NCBI GenBank assembly: GCA_035084275.1
Contig: CM068746.1
Coordinates: forward strand, 41,726,001 to 41,790,000
Source: Hydrolagus colliei
Taxonomy: Eukaryota
Length of the DNA: 64,000 nucleotides
Direction of reading: 5' to 3'
Part shown: positions 36,639 to 48,930 of the stretch, one piece after another
Layout: every line of letters starts with the position of its first letter
How positions within the stretch are numbered: position 1 is the stretch's first letter
Notes under the pieces: generated by a model
What the model saw: the letters and a program-made list of their open reading frames with translations, nothing else
What the model was told of the DNA's origin: nothing
Database searches by the model: none
Translations under genes and position numbers: made by a program

Positions 36639-38670
36639 TATGATCAGTGAAATTGCGAAAAATAACCTCAGCATTAACTGATGTTAACTGGGAACATGAA
36701 GTACCATTTTATGGATTTTAAGATTTGAAATATCATGTTTTAACAGAAGTGTCCAATTGCTTTTGCATTTCTTGTATTTTTCTGATTGGAAATTCACAAA
36801 GATGTACACAGTCGCTTGAACATGAAAGACTGATTGTGGCTTGGAAGCTTTCTGTAGGGAAGCACTGTATTGCCAGAACTGGTACAATTACAGCAAACTC
36901 TGTGCAATGTCTTGGCTTTTGCCACTCTCTTCCTGGAGACCAGTTCAAACTGTTCTTCTGTGTAAGGAAATATTTCCTGTTGTATTTTCTAAACTTTAGA
37001 ATAAGCCTTTCATTTGATATTGCACCATAACATGTTAAACTGACTGAAAGCAGCTCAGAGCTTTCTGCCACGTGCAGTGACTGTAATTGTTAACAAACTT
37101 GGAAGCAAATTTGTGCAAAGCAATGTTCCACAAACAGCCACATTGCAGCCAATTTTTTTTAATCTACGGGATTCCCGGCCAGGACACCAGGAATCCCTTT
37201 CTCTATTCGAATAGTGTTTTGGTTTCTTTGACATCCACTGAAACAGGCAGACAGGTCTCAATTTAACATCACAACCAAAGGAAATCATCTCCGAAAAGTG
37301 CACCAGTGTCATCCTGGACAATAAGGTCAAAAGCTACAAATTCTCTGTCCCATTCGCATCTTCTATAGCTCTATAACATTCCCTCATCTATTTCTTTCAA
37401 AGCAGAATGTACCTATCATATGTGATCTTCCCTTATAGCTCAGCCCACCGACACTGGATATGAACCTAGTTTCTCTTTGACCGCGCCTTCGGCTGCCCCA
37501 CTAACTCTTTCCCCTCTCCCACTCTCCTTCCCCCCTACCCCCACCCCCCCACCCCCCCCCACTCGGGTCCCGACCTGACTGTTCAGCACTTTGGGACGTC
37601 CTCCCTGAAGTGAAAGGCACTATATAGGTGGAAGTTTGTTGTTGTTGTTGTAGTTGCTCACTTCTGGATTGGCTGTAGATATTCCCCTTGTATCATGGCA
37701 ACTAAAACTACAACAGACTTCCGGAGATCTGAACTGTGATTTAGCAACTTAATCTGGCAACCTGTTTAACTTGTTCCCCGCTGAGCTTCAGACTCAGAGA
37801 GCAATGAGTCGCCTCGCACTCTGAGGTCTATCACTTTATCATCTCTCATCAAATTCTATCCTGTCCAGTTGTTGCCTATGCTATTCTAAATCTCAACCAA
37901 GCTTGATGCAGAGGGAACTTGCTGAACAGGGGCCTCTAAAGTGAACAATTTAGAGGAGCTTTACTCTATACTTAATCCAGTAGAGGTTCACTGTATGCAG
38001 ATTCCACTCATTCCCACTACTGCTCAACAACAAAATTACATTTATATAGCGCCTTTCACATTGGGAGGGTGTTTCAAGCTGCTGGACAGTCAGTGTTTCA
38101 GACCTGAGCAGGTTGGAGATGGGGCAGTAATTTGAGAGCAGGGAGCAGGTAGGGTTTAAGGATAGCAGTGATGGCGGCCGTTTTTTTTAAAGGGATGGGA
38201 ATGGTGCCAGTGGATAGAGATAGGTTTATGATAATGATACTAATAACCTTGCTTTTGATACAGGACTTTTCACATCTTCTGGACGTCTCAAGGCGCGTAA
38301 ATGTAGAGGTGTTACTCTTAACTAGGTCGACCCATTATATATAACTTTACAATGTTGTACCCACCACCAGGCAGATGGAGCCTCGGGTTACATGGTGTAA
38401 GCCATACTTTAAGAGTGAGGTACCCCACTGGATGTTACATTACAACATGCAACAATAAAATTACATTCATAGAGCGCCTTTCACGTCGGGAGGACATCCG
38501 AATTACCGTGCTATACCTCACCATGTCACTTCAAACTTCCAACAATGCAGCACTTCTCAGAACTACACTGAAGTGTTAGTGTGTGGAATTGTGAGGTGAT
38601 AAGAGAGCTCTAGAGTGGATATACCCAATGCCTTGGCTGTTGAGCCCTCTGTAGAGAGCAGGTCACATAC

Positions 38671-38833
38671 CATCAAGTATTATATTGCTAGTGATACTGC
38701 TGCGTGATTCGACTAATGGGGCCTGTTCCTCACATCGCTTGGGCTTTAACCTCCGGGGCTTGGCTTCATGCGTGGGCTGGACCATGAGCAGCTCCTGACG
38801 CTTCCTCTTCTGCTTCTGTTCCAGCAGAGCCCT
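38671..38833 (-). CDS. TULP3: TULP3-like exon 3 (IFT-A-binding region)
   Basis: tttttccccag| [54 protein letters not shown] +G |gtatgt, 163 nt. Confidence 0.93.
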
Positions 38834-39312
38834 CTGGGGAAAAAAAAAGGACGGTAATGGTTAGCTACCAGTGTAAATGTTTAGTGAACCCCTGCACCAC
38901 CTCAACACTAAGATCACAAGTCCTGATATGATCTGTGACACCCTCTACAATTTCACAGACTGCCAACACTTATACACATGAACAAATGCCAACGGAGTCA
39001 GGTTCTGCAGGGTAATTAAAGCCCTTGGAATCAGATGCTCAAATGAGGAATCTGGAGACAAAGAGCAGAAAAAAAGGAAAAAATATCTTTACACAGAAGG
39101 TGGTTGGAAAGTCAACGGGATCCAGTTCTTGGTGGGGTATGTCTTAAGGTTAACAGCCTGGAGGTTGTTGTTTTCCTCCGATTTACTCCCGACCCGGAAT
39201 ATCAATCGAGCATAATCCTGATTTAATTGCAATATTATTTGGTAAACTAGTGTTTTTGTTTTTCTCACCACCCGTGTTTCTTCCCTCAACTGCTATAAAT
39301 ATTGACTCCTAC

Positions 39313-39419
39313 CTTCTTTCTATTGGGGTACAGTTCCACATGTGCTCTCCAGTACCTCACCAACTAATCATTAACATATCTTAAAGCACAGACAGCAACA
39401 ACATCAACTTGCACTTATA
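39313..39419. repeat. Source copy of the 107-bp inverted duplication
   Basis: Continues into an old (caa)n-tailed repeat that is cut off in the copy at 36532. Confidence 0.9.
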
Positions 39420-39539
39420 TAACACCCTCCTCCATGTCAGGCAGGGTCTGAGAGTGCTTAATACCAAACAGTAATAACTATAAAATACGTACATGAGTAT
39501 TACATGACAGATGCAAGGTATTTGGTGCATCAAATGTGT

Positions 39540-39750
39540 ATGTCCTCGCCAAACTCCACTGGCTTCCCATCACACAGAGGATACAGTTCAAGATCGTGGT
39601 CCTCATCATCAAAGCCCTCCATGGCCTAGTTCTCTGTCATCTACTAGCCCCCTACCCACCTGCTCACTCCCTCAACCCAGTGGGTTCCGGCGTGCTTCAC
39701 CTCCCCAGCCTCACCTACCCACTAATTGGCAGGCAGCCTTCAGCCACTCT
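39540..39750 (+). mobile_element. L2 LINE fragment
   Basis: LAKLHWLPITQRIQFKIVVLIIKALHGL in ORF 39536..39883. Confidence 0.8.
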
Positions 39751-40654
39751 GTTGTTGTGGTGGTATTTTCTTCCGTTTCTAATCCTATTCGCTCAATTCA
39801 CACATTTGAGACTTCTTGCTGTTATTCTCAGCCTACACCAGGCAGCTCTTTCAAGGTCATTCAAATTGTTTCATATCACATAGAAAGGTCATCTTGTGAG
39901 CCTGGCAAATCACAGCCAAATATGCCAGTACACTGTAAAACATGGCGTACTATGCAGCTCATGTGAAAGAAAAGTTTAATATTCATAAGAAAGTTAAAGT
40001 TCTCGTCTTTGAAAATCCCAAATGAGAAAACTATCTTACTTTAGGGTTAGGATTATGGGTTTGGGTGTTGTGAGATTTCTGCATGTAAAAGCAATTATTT
40101 TATGTAATGATAATTTTCAATACAATCCGCAAACTGAACCAAATACCACATAAAGCCTGCCCTGCTGATAGCTGAGCAAAATAACAAAGTTCAGGTTCAA
40201 AGGCACGGTACAGCCTAACAGAGAACTAACAGGGAACTTTCTTGGGTTACTTCGCCAGAAGTACACTGAAGTGATTTTGTGGTAAAGGTCGAGAAGTTAA
40301 GGTCACAAAGAATTATGCTGAATAATAGGGCAAAAGTTCACCAAGTTCAAAGTAAAATCGGAACAATTTAAAACGTGTTGATTTTTGCTGCACTACAAAT
40401 CAAAGGACAATGCTACGGAGAAAAAAAAGAACTTGGATTAAAATTATGCCGATAATATCGAAATGTCTCGTCCATGCATTCAATCACCTTCAGACTCAAC
40501 ATTTCAAATTCCCTCCTTGATGGTCTTCCCAGCTCCACCATCCACAAGATCGAGCTGATCCAAAACTTTGGTGCTCACATACTCACCTGTACTAAACTCC
40601 GTACCCAAAGCACACCAGTTCTAGCCAGGTTCCAATAATCCTTCTCCCCAAAAT

Positions 40655-40825
40655 TGGGTAATTTCAGTCCATCACTGTTTGTGGGACGCTGCTGTGTGCA
40701 ACTGGCTGCTGCATTTCAGCCACAAATATACAGTCAATTCGCTTTATAGTATATTCTGTGAAGCGCTTTGAAACGTCTGGAAGACGTGAAAAGTGCTATA
40801 TCAAATACAATAATTATTATTATTA
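40655..40825 (+). mobile_element. SINE core and tail adjoining an L2 remnant
   Basis: ctgtttgtgggacgctgctgtgtgcaactggctgc...(tta)n. Confidence 0.8.
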
Positions 40826-41415
40826 ATGAGGAGCAAACTAAAAGCAATAAAATATAAGGCAGGGGAGAATGGCTTCTAGAGAGCTGATTTCTATTCATAA
40901 ACAGAATTAAGAATTAAGTTAAGATGCCCCTTATATGCAGCCAAATGCACTGTATAGCCTTTTGCAAGAATACCCTTAATGGACTCTTGTTAGAAAAGCG
41001 CTGTAGAGAAATAAAGGACGCACTGTGACAACAGTACTCACTCTATTCCCATTTATTTAGAAGCTATGTAGAATTGCAGCTGTGCGAAGAACAAACATCT
41101 TGTTCCTTACAAAAAGCTTCTTAGGGCCTTTTATCTTTGGATTGCTCAGGATGCAGGAAGAAAAGTAATTTTATTTTTAACAAACAGAAAGGAACCTGAA
41201 AAAGGCTAAACTAATTTAGCTGCCAAAGCTACGTCTCTGTTCTTGGAGAATTAACGATGCAAAATGATTAAAGGGACAGTAAATTCCACTTCAAAATCAA
41301 CAACAATGATGGAACAACGACTCTCTTCTTTCCATCAGTCAAAAGAGATGCTAATTGAGGACTTTGTTGCTTGTGTTGTATGTCAGATACATGCAAAAAT
41401 CCATCATCAAGCTTA

Positions 41416-41577
41416 ATAATATAATAATAATAATAATCCTTGCATTTGATATAGTGCTTTGCACATCTTATCGACGTTTCAAAGCGCTTCACAGAATATA
41501 CTGTATAGTAAATTGACTATATATTTGTGGGCGAAACACACAGCCGATTACACACAGCAGTGTCCCACAAACAGTCA
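41416..41577 (-). mobile_element. SINE core and tail, antisense
   Basis: (taa)n tccttgcatttgatatag...gtcccacaaacagtc. Confidence 0.8.
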
Positions 41578-42835
41578 TTTTTTCAAAATTACAACCTGCA
41601 TTAATTGCCTCTGAAGTGTTTTGAAACCATTAGGTACGTTGATCATTAGAATATTGTTAGTGCTGTCTTAATAATTGAGTTTCTTTTTTTACTGTGTGAG
41701 CACAGAGTTCACAAGGCTATTACAGTGTTTTGACAATGGTCTAAGCTGATACTCCAATGCAGTGCTGGGAGTGTGCCTTCCTTCAGGTGAGATATCTGCC
41801 TGTTCAGGTAAAAATTAAAAGATCCCATGGCACTGCTCGAAAAGAGAAGGAAGTATCTCCCAGTGTCTTGGCCAACGATAAAAATCGTCACTCACTTCAT
41901 GGTTGTTTGGCTTTGCTGTTTGCTCTACAAATACATAGTCACTTAACTTCAACAATAAAGCCTATTAAACATTTTGAGATGTCTTTCCCAACGTGATAAG
42001 GCTATCTACCACAGCAATGATTATTATGGCTAAAGAAATTAGCTTTGAAAATATGTTCTGGAAATGACAAAGAAATAGAACATCAGTCTGTATCAGATCC
42101 GCACGTCCTGGTGCTTGAAATGTTAACCCTTCAAGTTTAAAAAATCAGAAAGCAGAATACTTCTGAAATCTGCCTTAGTATAGAATACTAATCTGCCTTA
42201 CCTTATCAAGTGACATCCTCCAGAATAAATGAATGCGACAGTCACAAACAATGAGCACCAACGAGAATAGATTCAGCTAAATCAAGACTGCAAAAGTTGC
42301 TATTTTTGAGGGCATTGAGGACAACAGGCTGATGGAGCAAAATCTACCCGTCTCTCGCTCTTTCCTTTCTCCTTTCCCGTCAACTAATAGCCACCTCTGC
42401 AGAGAGACAGCTGCATGTTTCAGTCATCTTATCGCTGCCAAAACCTAGGCTCCTTTTCAGCATATCCAGCCATAGCTGCAGGTCAAGAGCTGGAGCGTTC
42501 CAACTCAAAAGCACGGGGGTAACACTGACAACATGCAAAACACTCCATTTACTTCGCTCCAGCAGCTTTCAAATACACATAAAAACAGCAAAACACAGCT
42601 TTCATATACAATGCTCTTCAGAGAATTTCCTTTACTGTAGTTTGTTCTCTAAGCTTCCGAGACAAAGGAGAATTGTACTCTGAAGGAAAACTGATCCCGG
42701 CTTCGGCCTTTCAATACAAGGAAAAGATTATTCACTCTGACTTATAAATTGGCAACAAAGGCAAGAAAGATTATCACTGCAAGAGTTAAATGGCGTTTAG
42801 AAGAAATATTTTGATGCAGAGAATCATGAAACATA

Positions 42836-43200
42836 AGTTGTTAAAAAAGCAAACCGGATGCTAGGCTTTATAAATATGGCCACATAATGCAAAAGTCAGG
42901 AAGTTATGATGTATCTTTATAAAACACTAGTTAGGCTTCAGCTAAAGTACTGTGTTCAGTTCTGGCTACCACAATTTAGTCATTGGAAAGGATGCAAAGG
43001 AAATTTACCAGAATGGTACCAGGAATGAAGGGCTTCAGTTATCAGGAGAGGCTAGAGAAGCTAGGATTATTCTCCTTGGAGCAGAGAAGACTGAGAGACG
43101 ACGTAATAGACATTTTCAAAATTATGAGGAGATTCGATAGGGTCGGTAACCTGAGGACACTGATTTAAAATAGTTATTAAAAGAAACAGCTAAGGTGAGG
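42836..43200 (+). mobile_element. Degenerate CR1 fragment
   Basis: ERMQRKFTRMVPGMKGFSYQERLEKLGLFSLEQRRLR. Confidence 0.85.
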
Positions 43201-43575
43201 AATTGTTTTTTAAAGTGGAAAAGTAGACTTGGATGTCTGCAACTGCAAGTGGCACATGGAGCAATAATAGTGTTTTTTCACAAAATATGAGGATGTACAA
43301 GTCTCTGCCACAAATCATAACTGAAGGAGTCCATAAATGATATCCAAAAGAATTGAATCAGCAAAGAGCTTAAGAGTTTGAAGAATGTTCTTCTGACCAT
43401 TTGATCTTATCCTTGAAGAATACCCACCTGAACATCTTCCCATCACAGCATCAAGCTGTGTTTTTTTTTTTAAAAAACTATTCCAGAATCCTGGACATAA
43501 CCACCATTCTTGGTAACCTGTTCCAGTTATAAATTAATCAGTGAACAAAGCTCTCTATCCAATCTAAGTGATTAC

Positions 43576-43627
43576 CTGCTTTTCCAGCTTCTGCTGTCGA
43601 AGGCTTGCATTTTCATCATCGAGGACA
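43576..43627 (-). CDS. TULP3: TULP3-like exon 2
   Basis: ctttctctttcag| (S)VLDDENASLRQQKLEKQ |gtaat, 52 nt, phase 2-0. Confidence 0.92.
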
Positions 43628-44863
43628 CTGAAAGAGAAAGAGGTGTCATTACTTCAGAATAATCCAAGCAGCAGAGATAAGCCACTCATTTCAGAATTAA
43701 CCTGCTTACTACATGCCAGCGTGCAATGACAGTCAGACATAGGGTCATTGGAATTGCACCAAGAATAATACTTCCTGTAATCTTTCAGACCATGCGGTTT
43801 AAGAGTAATGTTTGCATCACAATTAAGGTTCGGATAAAGAAAGCTCTTTGGTACATTTGACCTCATCCATCCAAAATATTCACTCCATCATTTTCCCATT
43901 GCAGCATCAAGTGGTTTTCTTAAGCAAATCCACGACCTGGTTTCAACCACCATCCCTGGCAAACCTTTTCAGTTGATGTCCATCTATGCCCTCAACAAAA
44001 ATAAACCTGTCCCCATTGTTTCTCCTGCTTTGGTGCATCTGAAAGTTTTGCTCTGGATCTAGCTTCTCAATCAAACTTAGTAGTTTATAAACTGCTCCAA
44101 AAACATCCCAATAAGTTCCCCATTGAGATGTCGTTTTACAAAAGATAAAGATTACCAACAACAATGACAACAACTTGCGTTTATATAGCACCCTTGCCTT
44201 GGGTCGCATCCCAGAGCATTCGATAGTGGCAGTCTGACACAGAGCCGGGGAACTGACAGTGCTGATTCATCATGGGCCTGTGCTAGGTGAGGGAGGAGAT
44301 GAGGTGGAGGGTCCGATTGACTGTGTTGAATGCCTAGAGAGATCCTGAAGAACAAGCAGGCAGAGAGAGCCCTAGTCATGGAGGGGACATCATTTATTAC
44401 GTTGACAAATGCTGTCTCTGCACTGTGGGCAGGACAAAAAACAGACTGTAGGGCTTCAAGTAGGGAGTGGAGGGAGAGGTATGAGTGAAATCAATTTGCA
44501 AAAATTACTCACAGTTCATCCCTGATGGTGGGGATCAGTTTCATTGTTATAATCTGCCTTGTGAGTTCAACCTGAACAACCAATTTAATTTTTTTTATAT
44601 AGAGAGAAGGATCAGCACTGAATTTCAGTCATTTCCAAAGAACACAGCTAACACTCTGTACCACGTTGTTACGGAACAATGGAGCAGGAAAAAGCCTTTC
44701 AGTCGATTACCGGTAAGCCTTTTTTTAAAAAAAAACATTGTTTGAAGAGATAGCCCATAAATGATAAGACTACAAGTTGCCAAGTTCAAGGAAAATATGC
44801 TCTTCAAGGTTTTTCCCCATTGGAGTATCTCTGTGGATGGTATCAGCTTTTGTTTGTGGGCTG

Positions 44864-47009
44864 TAGGGAACGGCGATTAATCGGTTTTTCGATTAAACCC
44901 GATATGATTTTCAGATCGGTATGCCGATATGGTGATTCTAAAAAAACTGTTATACCGAGAGAATCGATTTTAAAAATATACATCGATATATTTTTAAGAT
45001 CGTTCCTGGCAATATATCAATATTGTTGGTATTATCAGTGTAATGCGATCTTTTCTAGCTTACCTTGTCGCTGGCATTGCAACCTCCTAGATCTAGAGCA
45101 TGGAATGCGCGTACATTCGGTGCGCGCGCACAATTAACGGGCGCACACATCCGATGCGCGCGCACACTTTACTGCGTATACTTGACGTGAGTCGTGGCGT
45201 CTTAACAAAGTCGCATCGCTGAAAATTGTAGTTTGAAAATTTACCTTTCTCATCCTGGGGAAAAGAAGCCCCATATGGGACTACTTTGAAAACAATGCAG
45301 TCAGTAATGGTGTGTATAGATGTACAGTTTGCAAGGTCTTGGTTAAGACATCTGATTCGAGCACGAGCAACCTGCGACATCACATTAAGCAGCACCACCC
45401 CGCACAGCACGCTGCCCTCAGAGTGAAATCATTGTCGACAACAGCAGGAAGTCAAACCAGCGCTTCGGAGAAAGCGACAGGTAGTGGGGCCAGTGCAGCT
45501 CAAACAATTCCTGCTTTATTTAAGAGGAGAACATTGTACCAGAGAGGGGACAAAAAGTGGCAAAGTATCACGAACGCTGTCACTTTTTGCATAGCAATGG
45601 AGTGCTTGCCAATGGCGAAGGACATTAATTCAGACTTCAGACTACATAAAAATAAGTGGCATTTTGTGGCTGTAAGTGTTATTTTTGTGTGTGAGAGAGT
45701 TAGAAGCCAGATTATCACTGCTTCTATGTGTGTGTCTAGTCAGACACACACAGCAGTGATAATCTGGCTTCTAACTCTAACAGTCAGACTGTCTGTCTCT
45801 CTCTTTTCTTTTGTAATAGATCTCATTTACACGTGGACATTACATGCTACTTTCAAGCAAGAAATGAAGGAGAATAAATCTCTAGATTTTGTTTTTGGTG
45901 TGTGTGTGTTCTATTTTGTGTTTAGAGATGGAGGGAGAGAAGGAGAGGGGGAAAGTTGGGAGAGAAGGAGAGAGGAAGAGAGGAGAGGGAGGGAGAGAAT
46001 GAGAGGGGGAAAGGAGGGAGAGAAGGAGCGAGGGGAAAGGAGGGAGAGAAGGAGAGAGGCGAGGGAGGGAGGGAGAGAAGGAGAGGGGGAAAGTTGGGAG
46101 AGAATGAGAGAGGAAGAGAGAAGAGGGAGGGAGAGAAGGAGAGGGTGAAAGGAGGGAGAGAAGGAGCGAGGGGAAAGGAGGGAGAGAAGGAGAGAGGAAG
46201 AGAGGAGAGGGAGGGAGGGAGAGAAGGAGAGGGGGAAAGGAGGGAGACAAGGAGCGAGGGGAAAGGAGGGAGAGAAGGAGAGAGGGGAGGGAGGGAGAGG
46301 GGGAAAGTTGGGAGAGAAGGAGAGAGGAAGAGAGGAGAGGGAGGGAGAGAAGGAGAGGGGGAAAGGAGGGAGAGAAGGAGCGAGGGGAAAGGAGGGAGAG
46401 AAGGAGAGAGGGGAGGGAGGGAGGGAGAGAGGGACAGAAGGAGAGAGGGGAGGGAGAGAAGGAGAGAGGGGAGGGAGGGAGGGAGAGGAGAGGGGAGGGA
46501 GGGAGGAAGAGAAGGAGAGAGGGGAGGGAGGGAGAGAAGGAGAGGGGGAAAGGAGGGAGAGGAGACAGGGGGGAGGGAGAGGAGAGAGGGAGAGTGGAGG
46601 GGGAGGGAGAGAAGGGGAGGGGGGAGGGAGGGAGGGAGAGAAGGAGAGGGGGAAAGGAAGGAGAGAAGGAGAGAGGAGAGGAGGGAGAGAAGGAGAGGGG
46701 GAGGTAGGGAGCAAACAACATCGTATAATTCAACAGACCTTGATACCAACATTACAAACTTTCTGGACCTAGAGCACGCATTTCGAAATGTGCGTGCACC
46801 GCGACTGCGCGCGCATCGTCAGTGCGGACGCACCGTCAATGCGCGCGCACCGCGACTGAGCGCGCACCATAAATGCGCGCGCGCCATCAATGCACGCGCA
46901 CTTCGAATGCACGCGCATGCGCAGTACAAAAACTCGATAGATCGGTTTAAGCAGGTATGAGCAAACCGATATATCCATATCCGCAAAAATCCCATATCGC
47001 CGTTCCCTA
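44864..47009 (+). mobile_element. Non-autonomous hAT DNA transposon (copy A) with BED zinc-finger remnant and internal GA-rich expansion
   Basis: TIR TAGGGAACGGCGAT...ATCGCCGTTCCCTA, perfect 8-bp TSD GTGGGCTG, subterminal CGAT/ATCG repeats, SPIWDYF...C..C...STSNLRHHIKQHH. Confidence 0.95.
45928..46710. repeat. Polypurine GA-rich minisatellite
   Basis: Repeats of gagggagagaaggagagggggaaag; source of several spurious long ORFs. Confidence 0.95.
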
Positions 47010-47497
47010 GTGGGCTGGCATACAACATACTGCTCCGCCTCTACTCTCATCCTCCTGCAGGAACTGACAAAAACTGATGTTCATTTCCTGTATTCTAAAG
47101 GTTTGCCAACATCGCTGAACTCGGACCTCCTCAATCGTTGTCTCACTCCCTGCTCTTGAGAGCAATCGCTTTGCTGCCTGAAATGTCTTATGGATAACTG
47201 TTTACAAAGTTTTATAAATTCACAGTTTTTATCCGACACAGTACTGATTCGTCAAGGGCCTGTGCTGGCATTTGCTGGCACATGAAATGAACACATTCAA
47301 CACATTTTTATTTTTAATTTGAAGGCAGGAAATCAGAAAAGTTGACTCACCAGTCCTTTTCAAAGAGTAAAGAAAGTCTGTTGCTTAAAGGTAATAGAAA
47401 ATCCTATGTACCGACACTGCACAAGCTGTCGTTAAAGTAAAATAGGGTAAATGCGGTGTAAAAGTGCACGATACTACTTGGGCATTTATTTTATTAC

Positions 47498-47535
47498 CTG
47501 TACGGGATCCATCTGTTTGATTGTCTTGAAAACAT
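47498..47535 (-). CDS. TULP3: Tubby gene candidate first coding exon (MFSRQSNRWIPYS)
   Basis: ATG...TGG ATC CCG TAC AG|gtaat, 38 nt, phase 2 joins exon 2 to give WIPYSVLDDE, matching the TUB N-terminus MTSKPHSDWIPYSVLDDE. Confidence 0.75.
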
Positions 47536-48339
47536 AGCGTAACAAAGAAAGAGAAAAAAAAGGAAAAAAAATACTTTGGCGGAAGGAAACAACGATGGCT
47601 GATACAGATACGGCTGGCTCAGTAGACAATAACGATATGATGAATCGCTATAATTTCAGGAAACCAGCACTTCCTGCTGTTGTTTCCTGCAGCAGCACAA
47701 GATTAACAATGACACACAGGATGTTTGTGAAATTAGTTATACCTCAGTCCCAATAGAAATTAAGCAGATATGGAGAAGCATTGATCCAGCAGCCTGTATG
47801 TGTACACTAAGAAGATCAAGATCAACAGCTTCCCAAAATAAAATAGATAAATGATTTGAAATCTAGTCCTACTGCAGTACTGTCAGACAAGAATTGCCTT
47901 TCAGCAGATTGATTCTCTGCCCAGAGCAAGCTTCTTCTTCAGTCCTGCTCTTTGCACACATTTAAGGTCTTCAAAACCATCCAAGCAGCAAATCTTGCTT
48001 AAATAGTGATTTATTAAGGGGAATGGTGAAATGGCAGTGGGATTAAAAATTCCACCATGATCTAATAAACTGGTGGAACAGAATTAATAGGCTGAAAGGT
48101 TCTTCCTCTTCATGTTGTCCTGTGTTCCTATCATAGATGTTGGTCCAGTACTAACAATATTACAGTAGTGTTACCCGAATTCTGTGGGGGAGAAGAGTCA
48201 ATTGGAAAAAGCTGAAGATGTGTGGACAATGCAGTGAAATCAAGATGGTTTCTCTGTGGGGCTCCATTTTAAATATATATAATACTCATTATCAATGTGT
48301 TTAAACACAAAATAATAGGATCCTCAGAATGCTCAGAAT

Positions 48340-48930
48340 ATATTTCACAATCTTGTCTCATCTACATTCAGGAGTCCAAACACAGATTGGTTGACCAAGT
48401 TGCCGAACACCTCCATCCTATCTGCAAGTACAACTATGATATTCCAGTTTCTTGCCATTTCAACTCTCTTTCCCACTCGCAGTCTGACCTCTGCATCCAT
48501 GGGCTCCTATACTGTTCCAATGAACCAAGCAAGCTCGAGGAACATACCTCATCAATTTGCTAGGGACTTTACAGCCCTAGAGCCTCAATATTGATTTCAA
48601 TAATTTCAGACCATAGTTCACCGTCCCTCTCCTTCTCCCCCTCTTCTGTGACCATTACCACATCATCCGGGTCCTAGACACATCTTTTCATTATTTCTTT
48701 TTGCCGCTTTAACCTATCATCTCTTGTCCTCTACCATATTCTCTACTTTGTCTTCCTTGACCGACCATGTCAGTCCTTAAAAGCGTCTCTTTCCCAACAT
48801 GCCCCAGTTCGACAAAGGTTGTAAGGCCTGAACGTTGACTCACTTTCTTTTCCCCATAGATGCTACCTGACCTGCTGAGTACTCCCAGCTATTTCTTTTC
48901 TTGTTTCAAACTTCTGCACCTACAGTATTT
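48340..48930 (+). mobile_element. Penelope-like retroelement relic (GIY-YIG C-terminus and terminal repeat)
   Basis: CLIYIQESKHRLVDQVAEHL...IPVSCHFNSLSHSQSDLCIHGLLYC resembles the Penelope endonuclease; catagatgctacctgacctgctgagt terminal motif. Confidence 0.7.

Larger units (their letters stand above)
25655..47535 (-). other. TULP3: Gene span: tubby-family protein, TULP3-like (11 core coding exons, 454 aa; up to 583 aa with three cassette exons)
   Basis: Exons total 1365 nt in frame; N-terminal [17 protein letters not shown] region, GIDGPAAF, complete tubby domain ending [10 protein letters not shown]. Family certain; paralog assignment from remembered residues ([27 protein letters not shown]). 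Confidence 0.8.

Noticed and set aside
36684-37071. Overlapping ORFs in tubby intron 3
   Set aside because: No phase-1 acceptor/donor pair giving an open exon was found.
42201-42480. Strong donor AAG|gtaagg with short MSLDK frame in tubby intron 2
   Set aside because: Only five codons and no homology support.
45882-46960. Long ORFs of 150-334 aa (PSL-rich or ERG-rich)
   Set aside because: Artefacts of a stop-free polypurine minisatellite.
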